From positions 168,938-232,937 of the IMG/VR virus record IMGVR_UViG_3300043411_000942: a stretch of DNA of 64,000 nt, one strand, 5' to 3'. Below are positions 9,453-18,454 of this stretch, in pieces (position 1 is the first letter of the stretch; the number at the start of each line of letters is the position of its first letter). The translations under genes were made by a program, and so were the position numbers. Below the pieces are notes generated by a model. The model had not been told where the DNA came from. It worked only from the letters and a program-made list of their open reading frames with translations, and did not search any database.

Positions 9453-9938
9453 ATGCAAGTGTACGCTGAGGCTGAGGCTGTTCAGGCCATCGCAAACGAC
9501 CTAATCGCCACCTACCATCCAACCCTGGCTACGGCCAAGTTCAGGTTCCTCTTCAAGGAGAAGGCCTCGAAGAAGGGTGGTAAGGTTCAACCTGGGTCAG
9601 TGAAAAAACTCTCTGACCAGATGCTCTTCCTGATTGACGCCAACTTCCTAATGGAGATCCCTCTTGAGACATGGAATGAGATGGATGCCACGAAGCGAGT
9701 AGCTCTCATCGACCACCTACTGGAGCGCTGCGTAGGTGAGGAGGATGAAGATGGCGGTGGGGATATGAAGTGGTCTGTTCGAGAGCCAGACGTAAATGAG
9801 TTTGCTACAATCCTTCGTAGGTATGGGGCTTGGCACGATGACCTTGCCGCCTTTGTGTCTGTTGGGCAATCCATTGACTTGGGGTACCTAACTGAAGTAG
9901 AGTCAAGTACTGAGACCGTGCAAACCACCACAAACTAA
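9453..9938 (+). CDS. Phage metallopeptidase-like protein with degenerate HExxH
   Basis: W..M....RVALIDHLL..C and PDVNEF..ILRRYGAW match the putative phage metallopeptidase family. Confidence 0.65.
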   Translation: MQVYAEAEAVQAIANDLIATYHPTLATAKFRFLFKEKASKKGGKVQPGSVKKLSDQMLFLIDANFLMEIPLETWNEMDATKRVALIDHLLERCVGEEDEDGGGDMKWSVREPDVNEFATILRRYGAWHDDLAAFVSVGQSIDLGYLTEVESSTETVQTTTN

Positions 9939-9961
9939 AGTTTGCTGGGTAAGCTCGCTAA

Positions 9962-9997
9962 GACAGGAGAGGGAAAGACTACTTCCCCTCTCCTGTC
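9962..9997 (+). terminator. Intergenic stem-loop
   Basis: GACAGGAGAGGGAA-AGACTAC-TTCCCCTCTCCTGTC. Confidence 0.5.
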
Positions 9998-10029
9998 GTC
10001 TATGGTAGTAAAGACTTGAGGGGTGAATT

Positions 10030-11481
10030 GTGTGGGATACTCGATATCGTCCACTAGTATTCTCTGATGTGCTGGGCCAGCAAGGCACAGTGCAGGTGCT
10101 TAGAGCTAGGTTAGCCAATGATACAGCTTTGGATACGAGTTACCTCTTCTCCGGGGCTTCTGGTCAGGGGAAAACCACTCTTGGTCGTATCTTAGCTCGG
10201 GCGTTACTTTGCACCCACCTGGACAAGTCTCTCCCAGACCCCTGCAATGCTTGCCCTAATTGCGTAGCTTGCCTCGAAGACACCTCGTCTGCGTTTGTCG
10301 AGAAAGACGCTGCGAACCAGGGCACCACTGAGCACATTCGAAAAATTGTCGAGGACCTACCCTTCGCTGTGTTCGGCGCCAGAAAGAGGGTTTACCTCTT
10401 TGATGAGTGTCATCGCATGAGTCTAGCTGCCCAAGACGGCCTATTGAAGCCTATTGAGGAGAAGCAGCTTGTAAGTATTCTTTGCACTACCGAGCCTGAA
10501 AAGGTTCGACACGCCATTCGTGCTAGGTGTGAAGAGTATGCGATTCGGAGAATCACCAGAGAAGACATCCTAGGTAGGATGGTGTCTATCCTTCAATCGG
10601 AGAAGGTGGACTACGAGGAAGATGCAGTTCTTACCGTGATCGACTTCGCTGGGGGACACGTTCGAGATGTGTTGAATCGTCTAGAGATGCTAGCGCAAGT
10701 TGGGGCAATCACTGTAAGCAGTGCTCGGGCCCATTTGAACTTGTCAGCAGTCACTACCTACTACAAGATCCTACTTAGCTTGGTCTCCAATACGCAAGAA
10801 GCTCTGGATCTACTAGACTCGCTAGGTGATACAAGTACTCCGGACGAGGTTGCTTCAGGTTTGACCGAAGCCGCAATGAACTCCTATCGTTTGGCTATGG
10901 GGATGTGTGCTAACTTTAGGTACGCTGACAAGAATCTTGGCTCACGGGTATTCGAAAGTTATGGTGGTAGTGGGTTAATTGAGTTGGTTAGGGTGCTCAC
11001 CTCCACGAAGTACTCGACACAAAATGGGCTTGTTTGCGACCTAGTGATCCTCGCTGATAAGTTGAGTTCGACCGCTCAAGCGCCTGTCCAGGTTCAGATT
11101 CAGAGTCCAATCCCGGCCCCTCCTCAGGTCCAGGCGGCCCCTCAGGTCACTGTTCCTGTTGCTGCCCCTCAGACCCCTACCCCTGCTCCTCAGGTCACTG
11201 CTCCTACTCCTGCTCCCGCCCCTCAGGTCCAGGCTCCTGTCACCCAGGATAAAGCCCCTACTCTGAGCTTCGTACCTCAACCCCCCTTAGGGGATTTAGG
11301 GTCTAACGACGTTTGCGCATTGACAGAAGTAGATTCTAAGGCAATGCCTACCGAGAAACCTGGAGTGGGTCGGATACGAAAACCACTCATCTTTGAAAAG
11401 CGAGGTGACAACAATGCCCCTATCCCTCCTAGTACATGGAGAAAGCACTTTGAGGCTCTTTGGGGCAGGAGACCTAAGTGA
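10030..11481 (+). CDS. dnaX: DNA polymerase III gamma/tau-like clamp loader
   Basis: RYRP..FSDVLGQ, GASGQGKTT, C..PC.AC.NC Zn motif, DECH, LLKPIEE, GHVRD; Pro/Ala/Gln linker as in tau. Confidence 0.9.
   Translation: MWDTRYRPLVFSDVLGQQGTVQVLRARLANDTALDTSYLFSGASGQGKTTLGRILARALLCTHLDKSLPDPCNACPNCVACLEDTSSAFVEKDAANQGTTEHIRKIVEDLPFAVFGARKRVYLFDECHRMSLAAQDGLLKPIEEKQLVSILCTTEPEKVRHAIRARCEEYAIRRITREDILGRMVSILQSEKVDYEEDAVLTVIDFAGGHVRDVLNRLEMLAQVGAITVSSARAHLNLSAVTTYYKILLSLVSNTQEALDLLDSLGDTSTPDEVASGLTEAAMNSYRLAMGMCANFRYADKNLGSRVFESYGGSGLIELVRVLTSTKYSTQNGLVCDLVILADKLSSTAQAPVQVQIQSPIPAPPQVQAAPQVTVPVAAPQTPTPAPQVTAPTPAPAPQVQAPVTQDKAPTLSFVPQPPLGDLGSNDVCALTEVDSKAMPTEKPGVGRIRKPLIFEKRGDNNAPIPPSTWRKHFEALWGRRPK
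11080..11245 (+). repeat. Low-complexity Pro/Ala/Gln repeats (CCTCAGGTC units) in the DnaX linker
   Basis: Repeated cctcaggtcca/cctcaggtcac units encoding PQVQAAPQVTVP... Confidence 0.7.
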
Positions 11482-13349
11482 CTGCTAGTCCCCTAGATGA
11501 GTGGGTTGTCATCGAGCTAAGTGCTCAAGGGGAAGAGGAGGACCCGGATACTATCCTACAGGCCATACGACGGCTCCTAAAGAGGGAGGTAGAGATTTTC
11601 CTTCCGGTGTCTATACGTACTTCCGGAGACAGTAGGGTCGTTCACAAGCTAATTGACAATTATGTCTTCGTTCGACGAACTCTACCCGATACAGCGTACC
11701 TGAGGTTGGAGGGGACACGGTATATCGACTCAGTCCTCACTAGCAACAAGTCGACTGGCACATCAAGAAAAATTACTGGAGTGCGCAACTCTGACATAGA
11801 GAAGATGCGACGTCAGATCCATGTGGAGTGCGAACAGGGGATCAATGTTGGGGATGAGGTCCAGATTACTGGGGGCGCTTACCGCAATATTGTAGGTAAG
11901 GTGATAGAGGACATCCCAGAAACAGAGTCCGTTCAAGTTCACATTCAGCTAAGGTCAAAGGAGGCGATTGTCACACTCCCTCGATCGTTCCTAAGATTTG
12001 TCGCTAAGGGTCAGCAGCAAGCAAGCTCAGACTTTGCCCCTTTCGCCAACAAATTGACCCGCATTAGGGACTGGATTGAAGGGCTAAGGCCACTTGCTAT
12101 CGTGCCCGGTAAAGTCTCACCTTTACTTGAGTGCTACGTAAGATGGCGGAGGCTAACTCAATGGTGGACCTCCCACCAGAGCCTGAAGTTCGATCCAAAC
12201 CAGCTCCTACGTGGTACCAATCTCTTAGAGACTCAAATCCTATCTAAGTTGGAGGTACTTAGGCAGCAAGTAGCACTTACGCGCAGTCGTCCTTTCTTTG
12301 AGCTTGTGGCTATTAGCAAGGGCTTAGAGCGCGCAGACAACGTGAGGAGTAAGTTGTCCGCTACCTTAGGTAAGGTGCGGCAACTCCAGCGACTGCACCA
12401 AAGATTGGCTGCGATTAACAGTGAAGTTCGATGGCTAGAGGCTAGCCTGTTGGGTAAAGGTAGACATATGGTACAGAATGTAGTCGTAGATGGACTTAAC
12501 TTGGCGTATCGAGTTTACTATGCGTACGCAGCTTCCCGAGGATATATGGCCCCTGCAACTGAGGGTACAGTCCTGGCTCAAACCTTCCTCAAGAGTCTAG
12601 CTAGCCTTAGAAAGAAGTTCGATCGCGCCAATATCTATGTCGTGTGGGATGGCTCTTCTCAGTACCGAAGAGGGTTGTTCTCGGACTACAAGAAGGGTAG
12701 ATCCTCCCCACCATGGAAAGAATCCGAGATGCAAAGTCTCAGAGAGGTTCTGTCCGGACTAAAGGTGCAACAAGTCTGTAACCCTACAGAGGAGGCGGAT
12801 GACGTGATTGCTTGCCTGGTAAGAGGTCCTCTCAAAGGTCAAGCAAACGTCATTGTGTCCACAGACCGAGACTTCCTACAGCTTGTCACCCACTCCGACT
12901 TGTTGCTGGTCCCAAAGCAAGGAGCACGAGCAGAGCTTTTGTACGACCGGGATAAGGTAGTGTCGGAATTTGGCCTGGCCCCAGAGAGACTCAACCAGTA
13001 CAAGGCGTTCTGTGGGGACAAGTCCGACAACCTTCCTGGAGTTCCACGCGTACCGAAGAAGGTATTCGTCGACCTAATCAATACTTTCCACGACGTCGAA
13101 AGTATCTTCGCATCTAGCCTGTCCAACTTGACTGTCAAACAGTGTGCGCAAATGCGAGGTTCCGAGGCTCAGGTGAAGTTGAACCTACACCTGGTCACGC
13201 TACGCTCTGACCTAACCTTTGAATACTTCCCTGAGTTGACGCCAGATGAGACTGAGGGAGTACTGACACGACATGGCGTCTCTACTACCCTAGCAAGCAG
13301 TGTGCGGCGTAAGTCAGGGTTCGAAAAGTTCGGTACCTCTAACCCATAG
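11478..13349 (+). CDS. NusG/Spt5-like (NGN+KOW) domain fused to a 5'-3' (flap) exonuclease
   Basis: N-terminus: WVVIEL, IFLP, LIDNYVFV, VGDEVQITGGAYRNIVGKV. From codon 331: VVVDGLN, VVWDG, YKKGR, EADDVIA, STDRDFLQL, GDKSDNLPGV. Confidence 0.85.
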   Translation: MTASPLDEWVVIELSAQGEEEDPDTILQAIRRLLKREVEIFLPVSIRTSGDSRVVHKLIDNYVFVRRTLPDTAYLRLEGTRYIDSVLTSNKSTGTSRKITGVRNSDIEKMRRQIHVECEQGINVGDEVQITGGAYRNIVGKVIEDIPETESVQVHIQLRSKEAIVTLPRSFLRFVAKGQQQASSDFAPFANKLTRIRDWIEGLRPLAIVPGKVSPLLECYVRWRRLTQWWTSHQSLKFDPNQLLRGTNLLETQILSKLEVLRQQVALTRSRPFFELVAISKGLERADNVRSKLSATLGKVRQLQRLHQRLAAINSEVRWLEASLLGKGRHMVQNVVVDGLNLAYRVYYAYAASRGYMAPATEGTVLAQTFLKSLASLRKKFDRANIYVVWDGSSQYRRGLFSDYKKGRSSPPWKESEMQSLREVLSGLKVQQVCNPTEEADDVIACLVRGPLKGQANVIVSTDRDFLQLVTHSDLLLVPKQGARAELLYDRDKVVSEFGLAPERLNQYKAFCGDKSDNLPGVPRVPKKVFVDLINTFHDVESIFASSLSNLTVKQCAQMRGSEAQVKLNLHLVTLRSDLTFEYFPELTPDETEGVLTRHGVSTTLASSVRRKSGFEKFGTSNP

Positions 13350-13495
13350 CATTCCACGTAGATTGGTGGAGTATCTGGAGATTATAGACGATTAGCTAAT
13401 TTTGGTTGGATCTTTTGGGTGTGTTGTGGCAGAGTTACCTCTAGTAGCTTTGAGTGGGTACCTTTGTGCCTTGCTCGTTACAAGAGGTCTAAACC

Positions 13496-14113
13496 ATGGC
13501 AGACGGATATCTTATCCTTGTAGACCCGACCGAGTTAGCTAATCGATTCTCCACTCAGCCAAAGGAATTTGAGGAGGAAGAAGAGCCCGAAGTAGGCACT
13601 AGTATGACTCTGAGCTATGAGAGTCAGATTCAGCCTCTACTAGACCGGATCCCTAAAAGGGAGGCGGATCTCATGGAGTTGTACTACATGCAAAAGAAAC
13701 GGCAGGCGGACCTTGCCGAGATCTTTGGGGTGACTCAAGCTGCAATCAGCTATAGGTTGAACCGAGGATTGCAGAGAATTAGGTTCCTGTTGTCGATCCC
13801 AACCCTTAGCGAAGATGGGTTACGTCAGGACCTCCCAGAGGTGCCCTTCAAGCCGACTGACGTCAACATCCTTGTGGGTATGTGGCAAACAACCTGCCAG
13901 TCTGAAGTAGCTTCCAAGTTAGGCCTAACTCAAGGTAGAGTTAGGCATCGTTTTTTTGGGGCTGTAGTAGTCCTAGAGAAGAGGGCTGCGGAGGACCCTA
14001 AGTTCGTCCCCTATTCCAAAGTCTTCAGTTCCATTGCGAATAAAAATTTCAACGTGCTCAGGGAGGTGCGTCTACCCCAATGGCAGGGGCGTGGTGGAGA
14101 TGGCTGTTTTTAA
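13496..14113 (+). CDS. Tandem sigma70 region-4-like HTH regulator
   Basis: LDRIPKREADLMELYY...QADLAEIFGVTQAAISYRLNRG plus a second HTH, QSEVASKLGLTQGRVRHR. Confidence 0.7.
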   Translation: MADGYLILVDPTELANRFSTQPKEFEEEEEPEVGTSMTLSYESQIQPLLDRIPKREADLMELYYMQKKRQADLAEIFGVTQAAISYRLNRGLQRIRFLLSIPTLSEDGLRQDLPEVPFKPTDVNILVGMWQTTCQSEVASKLGLTQGRVRHRFFGAVVVLEKRAAEDPKFVPYSKVFSSIANKNFNVLREVRLPQWQGRGGDGCF

Positions 14114-14163
14114 GGTGGTTTCCAGGTACACTAGGCACTACTGGTAAATGTTTTGAATTTGAG

Positions 14164-14192
14164 TTGCCAAGGCTAAGGAAGTCTGGTATGCT
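14164..14192 (+). promoter_or_regulatory. Sigma70-type promoter, leaderless, for the HNH gene
   Basis: TTGCCA-17 nt-TATGCT with a TG extension; ATG 14199 follows 6 nt later with no RBS. Confidence 0.55.
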
Positions 14193-14198
14193 CCACCC

Positions 14199-15299
14199 AT
14201 GAATGTGAAACATGGGTATAGTAAACGACCTGAATATGCCTGTTGGTTGCAACTTAAAGCTAGGTGCTTAGACCAAAACCATCGAATGTACCCAAATTAC
14301 GGGGGGCGTGGTATTACGGTTTACGAGCCTTGGGTTCATGACTTTCAAGCGTTCTTTGATTACGTTGGAGTACGGCCCTCCGCGAAACACTCTTTGGATA
14401 GACTTGATAACAACTCAGGGTACTTACCTGGTAACCTAGCCTGGCGGACTCAACAGGAGCAGTTACGTAATCGTCGTTCCTTTGGGAGTGGGTTGAAGAC
14501 CTCTCCTCGCAACCCAAACAGAACTACTAACTTTAAGCATGGGATGATTCACACCTCAGAGTACGCCTCTTGGTCAACGATGAAAGACCGATGTCTTAAC
14601 CGTAACTCAAGTAATTACCCTCGTTGGGGAGCCCGTGGGATTAAGGTTTACGAGCCTTGGGTTCACGACTTTCAAGCCTTCTACACCTACCTTGGGCCAA
14701 AACCATCCCCGCAACACTCCCTCGATCGGTTCCCCAATCCAGATGGTAACTACGAGCCTGGTAACGTTCGTTGGGCATCCAAGACTGAGCAGAGTCAAAA
14801 CCGACGACCAACGATTACCGGACCTACTCACGGTAATTTTGACCACGGTTACACGGGCACCCCAGAATACAAGACCTGGACGAGCATCAAGACCAGGTGC
14901 TTCAACGAAAAGCACGACCGGTATGTCTCCTACGGTGGAGCTGGCATCACGATGTGTCAGCGATGGAAGAGCAGTTTCCCTGCCTTCTTTGAGGACCTTG
15001 GGTCGAAGCCAACCTCAGAGCATAACATCCTCCGAGAGAGCCAAGAGGGGCATTACTCTTGTGGTGGATGTGTGGAGTGCCTTGAAAATGGCTGGAAGCT
15101 CAATGCGCGTTGGGCTACACGAACCGAAGTTAACCAAAACCGCCGTCCTTCTACGAGGTCCGGTAAGCTCACTTTAGAGAAGGTGCAAGACATCCGTGCT
15201 CGTATCCTTAAAGGTGAGACGCACAAGCAACTCGCTGAAGTGTTTATGGTGGGCGTTACCTTGATTGGAAAGATAGCTAGACATGAAATCTGGCTTTAG
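14199..15299 (+). CDS. HNH-type homing endonuclease with three tandem units
   Basis: Three copies of HG....EY..W...K.RC......Y..(Y/W)G..GI.....W...F..F...G.(R/K)P...H; SLDR..N..Y.PGN..W in the first two; C-terminal HTH. Confidence 0.8.
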   Translation: MNVKHGYSKRPEYACWLQLKARCLDQNHRMYPNYGGRGITVYEPWVHDFQAFFDYVGVRPSAKHSLDRLDNNSGYLPGNLAWRTQQEQLRNRRSFGSGLKTSPRNPNRTTNFKHGMIHTSEYASWSTMKDRCLNRNSSNYPRWGARGIKVYEPWVHDFQAFYTYLGPKPSPQHSLDRFPNPDGNYEPGNVRWASKTEQSQNRRPTITGPTHGNFDHGYTGTPEYKTWTSIKTRCFNEKHDRYVSYGGAGITMCQRWKSSFPAFFEDLGSKPTSEHNILRESQEGHYSCGGCVECLENGWKLNARWATRTEVNQNRRPSTRSGKLTLEKVQDIRARILKGETHKQLAEVFMVGVTLIGKIARHEIWL

Positions 15300-15310
15300 A
15301 GGTAGCATCC

Positions 15311-15436
15311 ATGCCTACAATCTGGCGTATTGTCCACAACGTAGTTGCTCACCCCCTCTTGGAACTTCTACCCACTAGCTGGGGGAGTTCGTTTCATGAT
15401 TGGACCGCCCACAAAGCGTGGGGCAGGGAGGAGTAG
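15311..15436 (+). CDS. Small His/Trp-rich protein (41 aa, not in ORF track)
   Basis: GAGG upstream; MPTIWRIVHNVVAHPLLELLPTSWGSSFHDWTAHKAWGREE fills the gap between two genes. Confidence 0.55.
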   Translation: MPTIWRIVHNVVAHPLLELLPTSWGSSFHDWTAHKAWGREE

Positions 15437-15437
15437 G

Positions 15438-15833
15438 TTAAAGGTACTTCAGCGCCAAGCCGTTGATCAGGATGTGCATCAGGTTGTCCGTGATAATCAT
15501 TAACCACACTGCCATCCAAACAGGCTTTTCTGGGCCGTAACCAGTGGCTTTACACGTCTCCCAGGAAGAGGGCCACCCCGTCCTTGGTGCGATAAAGTTC
15601 TTGATCCAGCAGATATACCTTGCAAGCCGCCAACGGTCGATAACAAAGTGGGTAGTTAGGATGACGGCCAGTGCAGGTATGCTGCGAGTTACGGCTAAGA
15701 ACGGGATAGTGTACGTTACTACATGAGCAAAGGCGGCTAAAGAGCGTTTCGTTTTTTCTGTAGCCATCCAATCGCTTTGAAAAACGTAGTCCCCAATGGC
15801 GTGAGCAATGAGTTGGTCGGTAGAGATGAGCAT
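15438..15833 (-). CDS. DUF3307-like membrane protein
   Basis: AHAIGDYVFQSDWMA.EK, AHV..Y, THFVIDR, D...H motifs; the only convincing minus-strand gene. Confidence 0.75.
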   Translation of the reverse strand: MLISTDQLIAHAIGDYVFQSDWMATEKTKRSLAAFAHVVTYTIPFLAVTRSIPALAVILTTHFVIDRWRLARYICWIKNFIAPRTGWPSSWETCKATGYGPEKPVWMAVWLMIITDNLMHILINGLALKYL

Positions 15834-15929
15834 GTTTGTAGGTACCCTAGCTTCATAGTTGAGTCAAGCTCGTATTGAGGTAGGGGTTGTTGAGGTTCCT
15901 TTTATGCTATTCTTGTTAAGAGGGACCCT

Positions 15930-16835
15930 GTGCCACTTATCTCAAACTTAAGGTACCACGACTACCAGTTTGAATTGCCTGTTTCCAGTGGGAAATGGAA
16001 GTGGGTAACTCGACTTGACGTGTCGCAGTCCAGTCCAGCCTTCTACATTAGGGATGTGATCTCTCCCTACGGGTTGCTGCGAGACTCGATTCCTATCCCT
16101 GGGGAAGTTGTCCAGTCGATGGCTCAGTCCATCCAAGACCTTAAGGACAACTTCAAGCCACACATCCTTGTAGGACCTCCAACCTCCTTGACCTTTTTGG
16201 TCGATGAGGGTCGGGGGACCTCCTTGCCTCAGACTCTCATTCTCACGAATGATGGAGTTTACGGTTCGCTACTTGGGATGAGCTTGACTCCGTCAGCTGC
16301 TTACGTGAGAGTGACTCCAGGTAGTGTGGGTAACCTAGCGTTCAACGCGTCAGGTCAGATCTCTGTGGACGTAAACTCCACCAACCTACTATCAGCGAAC
16401 TCTCCTTATGCTGAGAGCATCACAATTCAGGACTCGACGGCAACAAATAGTCCTCGTAATCTTCCGATTACCATTGTGGTTAGACCCAAAGCTACAATCC
16501 AGGTAACGCCAAGCCTACTCTTCACCTTTACGGTAGCTAAGCCGCTTACTGGGGACTTCCCAGCTATCCCAGCGCAAACCTTTAACGTGGCCAATATCGG
16601 CCTTACCGGGTCGGTACTAGAGTACACGGTCAAGAAACTCTTAGGTCTCTCGGATTGGCTACCGAGCTTCCTACCCTCTTCTGGTACCCTAACTACCGTA
16701 ACCTCTGATACGGTTACGGTAACGGTAGCTCCAGCGAGTACGTTATTGGTTGGTACCTATACCGAGAAGTTGCGTGTTGCTGGGTATAGCTCAAATTCGT
16801 ACGTCGACGTTGAGATCCGTCTTGTGATTGTGTGA
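15930..16835 (+). CDS. Virion protein with Ig/BACON-like beta domains
   Basis: Thr/Ser/Val-rich beta strands, two repeated units (V.P..L.F, N.G..GS.L). Confidence 0.55.
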   Translation: MPLISNLRYHDYQFELPVSSGKWKWVTRLDVSQSSPAFYIRDVISPYGLLRDSIPIPGEVVQSMAQSIQDLKDNFKPHILVGPPTSLTFLVDEGRGTSLPQTLILTNDGVYGSLLGMSLTPSAAYVRVTPGSVGNLAFNASGQISVDVNSTNLLSANSPYAESITIQDSTATNSPRNLPITIVVRPKATIQVTPSLLFTFTVAKPLTGDFPAIPAQTFNVANIGLTGSVLEYTVKKLLGLSDWLPSFLPSSGTLTTVTSDTVTVTVAPASTLLVGTYTEKLRVAGYSSNSYVDVEIRLVIV

Positions 16836-16841
16836 GGGACT

Positions 16842-17111
16842 ATGACTAAGAACTTCGACCTAGGTCAATTTCAGGTGCAAGGTGCTACAGGATTCGATGC
16901 CTTCTTCTCTCGCGAGGGGGCTCAGATCGTCACCCCTACTCACCGTCGAAAAGTAGCCTCTATCCAAGATCTCAAAGAGTTCATACGAGTGGGGGCAGAC
17001 CAGCTGATCCACAAGTCTGAGCGAGACTTGTGGTCAATCAAAAAAGAGGGGGATGGAAGTCTCTCGATTGAGCGCCAGTTTGACGACAACGGACAACCTC
17101 TAAAGTTTTAA
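16842..17111 (+). CDS. Hypothetical protein
   Basis: GAGGG RBS; in an operon with flanking genes. Confidence 0.7.
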   Translation: MTKNFDLGQFQVQGATGFDAFFSREGAQIVTPTHRRKVASIQDLKEFIRVGADQLIHKSERDLWSIKKEGDGSLSIERQFDDNGQPLKF

Positions 17112-17124
17112 GGTACCCACCAAG

Positions 17125-18453
17125 ATGGATGTCCGCAAGAAAGTTCGAGTAATCCTAGCACGGGAGGAAGCTGAAAACCCGCTTCCTCCAGAGGAGACGT
17201 CGTTTGTGGGTAGTGGGAAAAGAGACATTCCCCCTAAGCACAAGTTCGACCCCAAGGCTCTTAAGCCCCTCTCTAGGACCCTACTTTCTGCTAGCGTTGC
17301 GCTTGGGCACTCTGTCACAGCCTTCAAAGAGTTCACTCGAATCAAGTCATCTAGTATCTCTCCAGATGGTAAGCTTGGGGGTCGGGGTTACGTACTAGAG
17401 GTGAAGGACGTACGAGCGAAGTTGCAACAAGCTTGTGAGCTACTGTCTTCCGTGACAGATACGATGTTCGATGAGATCAACGCCCCACATTGGACTCCGA
17501 GCCTTGGGGAGTTGGATGTGAATGAGGCTGAGGATATCACGGAGCTAGTGGAGGAGGCTGGGGAGGTTCTGGAGGACCCCGAGAAAGCTGGAGAGAAGGA
17601 CCTAGACGCCATAGAGAGTAAGAATGATGGGCCTGGAGGGTCATCCAAGAGCACTCTGTGGAAAGATACAGAGAAGGGTAAGGCCTCAGAGGTACCCAAT
17701 GGGGGAGCCAAGGAGCAGGGAACTCAAGCAAGACCGTTCGGTCAAGTGAAGCAAGCCAATAGCTCTCTTCCCGTAGACACTCTTCCTGGCCCTAGGGTAA
17801 ACCACTTGGACCGTGGAGACCAGTTGGGACCAGAAGGGTCCTATAATCGAGATGAGCCCCTCGTTGAGGACGCTTGGGGGATGTCGAGCACCCTAGAGCC
17901 TATCTACGGGGAGAAGTGGGCTACCGGAGATGCCTGGGGAGAGGCTGCCATCCCTGACGGTAACGATGGCGTAGCTACAGACGCAAATGACTTTGGGCTA
18001 GGGTTTGGGGCTAAGGGTCAAGGTTCTGGGGGTTACGGAGTTACAGCTCCAGACGGGCGAGGAGTTTGGGGGCCTTCTAGTGACCTCCCTCAAGACTTGG
18101 GAGCCCCTACAACAGCCCCACAAAACGCTCCTTATCTAAATGAGAGTGGGCGGAACGTTTGGGCGTCAAGTGATGCTTGGGGTGTTGCGAAGCTTCCTAC
18201 GGACAGTCCTGTTGCACGGTCTGATTACTACGATGGGGACAAGGGTGGGAATCAGTTCAACGTTCTAACAGGAGACTCTCAGCTACCTGGACAGGATGTC
18301 TCTTTCAAAGTAGATGTCAATCTACCTAACGTGGGCTACTCTTATGAGCACCAAGACGTCCCATACGCTAAGTACGACTCTAGTACGCACTCTCATCGCC
18401 ACGATCAACAAGACTTGTGGAATGACGAAAACTTTGATAGGGTAGGTAAGTAA
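17125..18453 (+). CDS. Hypothetical virion-associated protein with acidic Gly/Pro-rich C-terminal half
   Basis: 442-aa ORF in the head module. Confidence 0.7.
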   Translation: MDVRKKVRVILAREEAENPLPPEETSFVGSGKRDIPPKHKFDPKALKPLSRTLLSASVALGHSVTAFKEFTRIKSSSISPDGKLGGRGYVLEVKDVRAKLQQACELLSSVTDTMFDEINAPHWTPSLGELDVNEAEDITELVEEAGEVLEDPEKAGEKDLDAIESKNDGPGGSSKSTLWKDTEKGKASEVPNGGAKEQGTQARPFGQVKQANSSLPVDTLPGPRVNHLDRGDQLGPEGSYNRDEPLVEDAWGMSSTLEPIYGEKWATGDAWGEAAIPDGNDGVATDANDFGLGFGAKGQGSGGYGVTAPDGRGVWGPSSDLPQDLGAPTTAPQNAPYLNESGRNVWASSDAWGVAKLPTDSPVARSDYYDGDKGGNQFNVLTGDSQLPGQDVSFKVDVNLPNVGYSYEHQDVPYAKYDSSTHSHRHDQQDLWNDENFDRVGK

Positions 18454-18454
18454 C

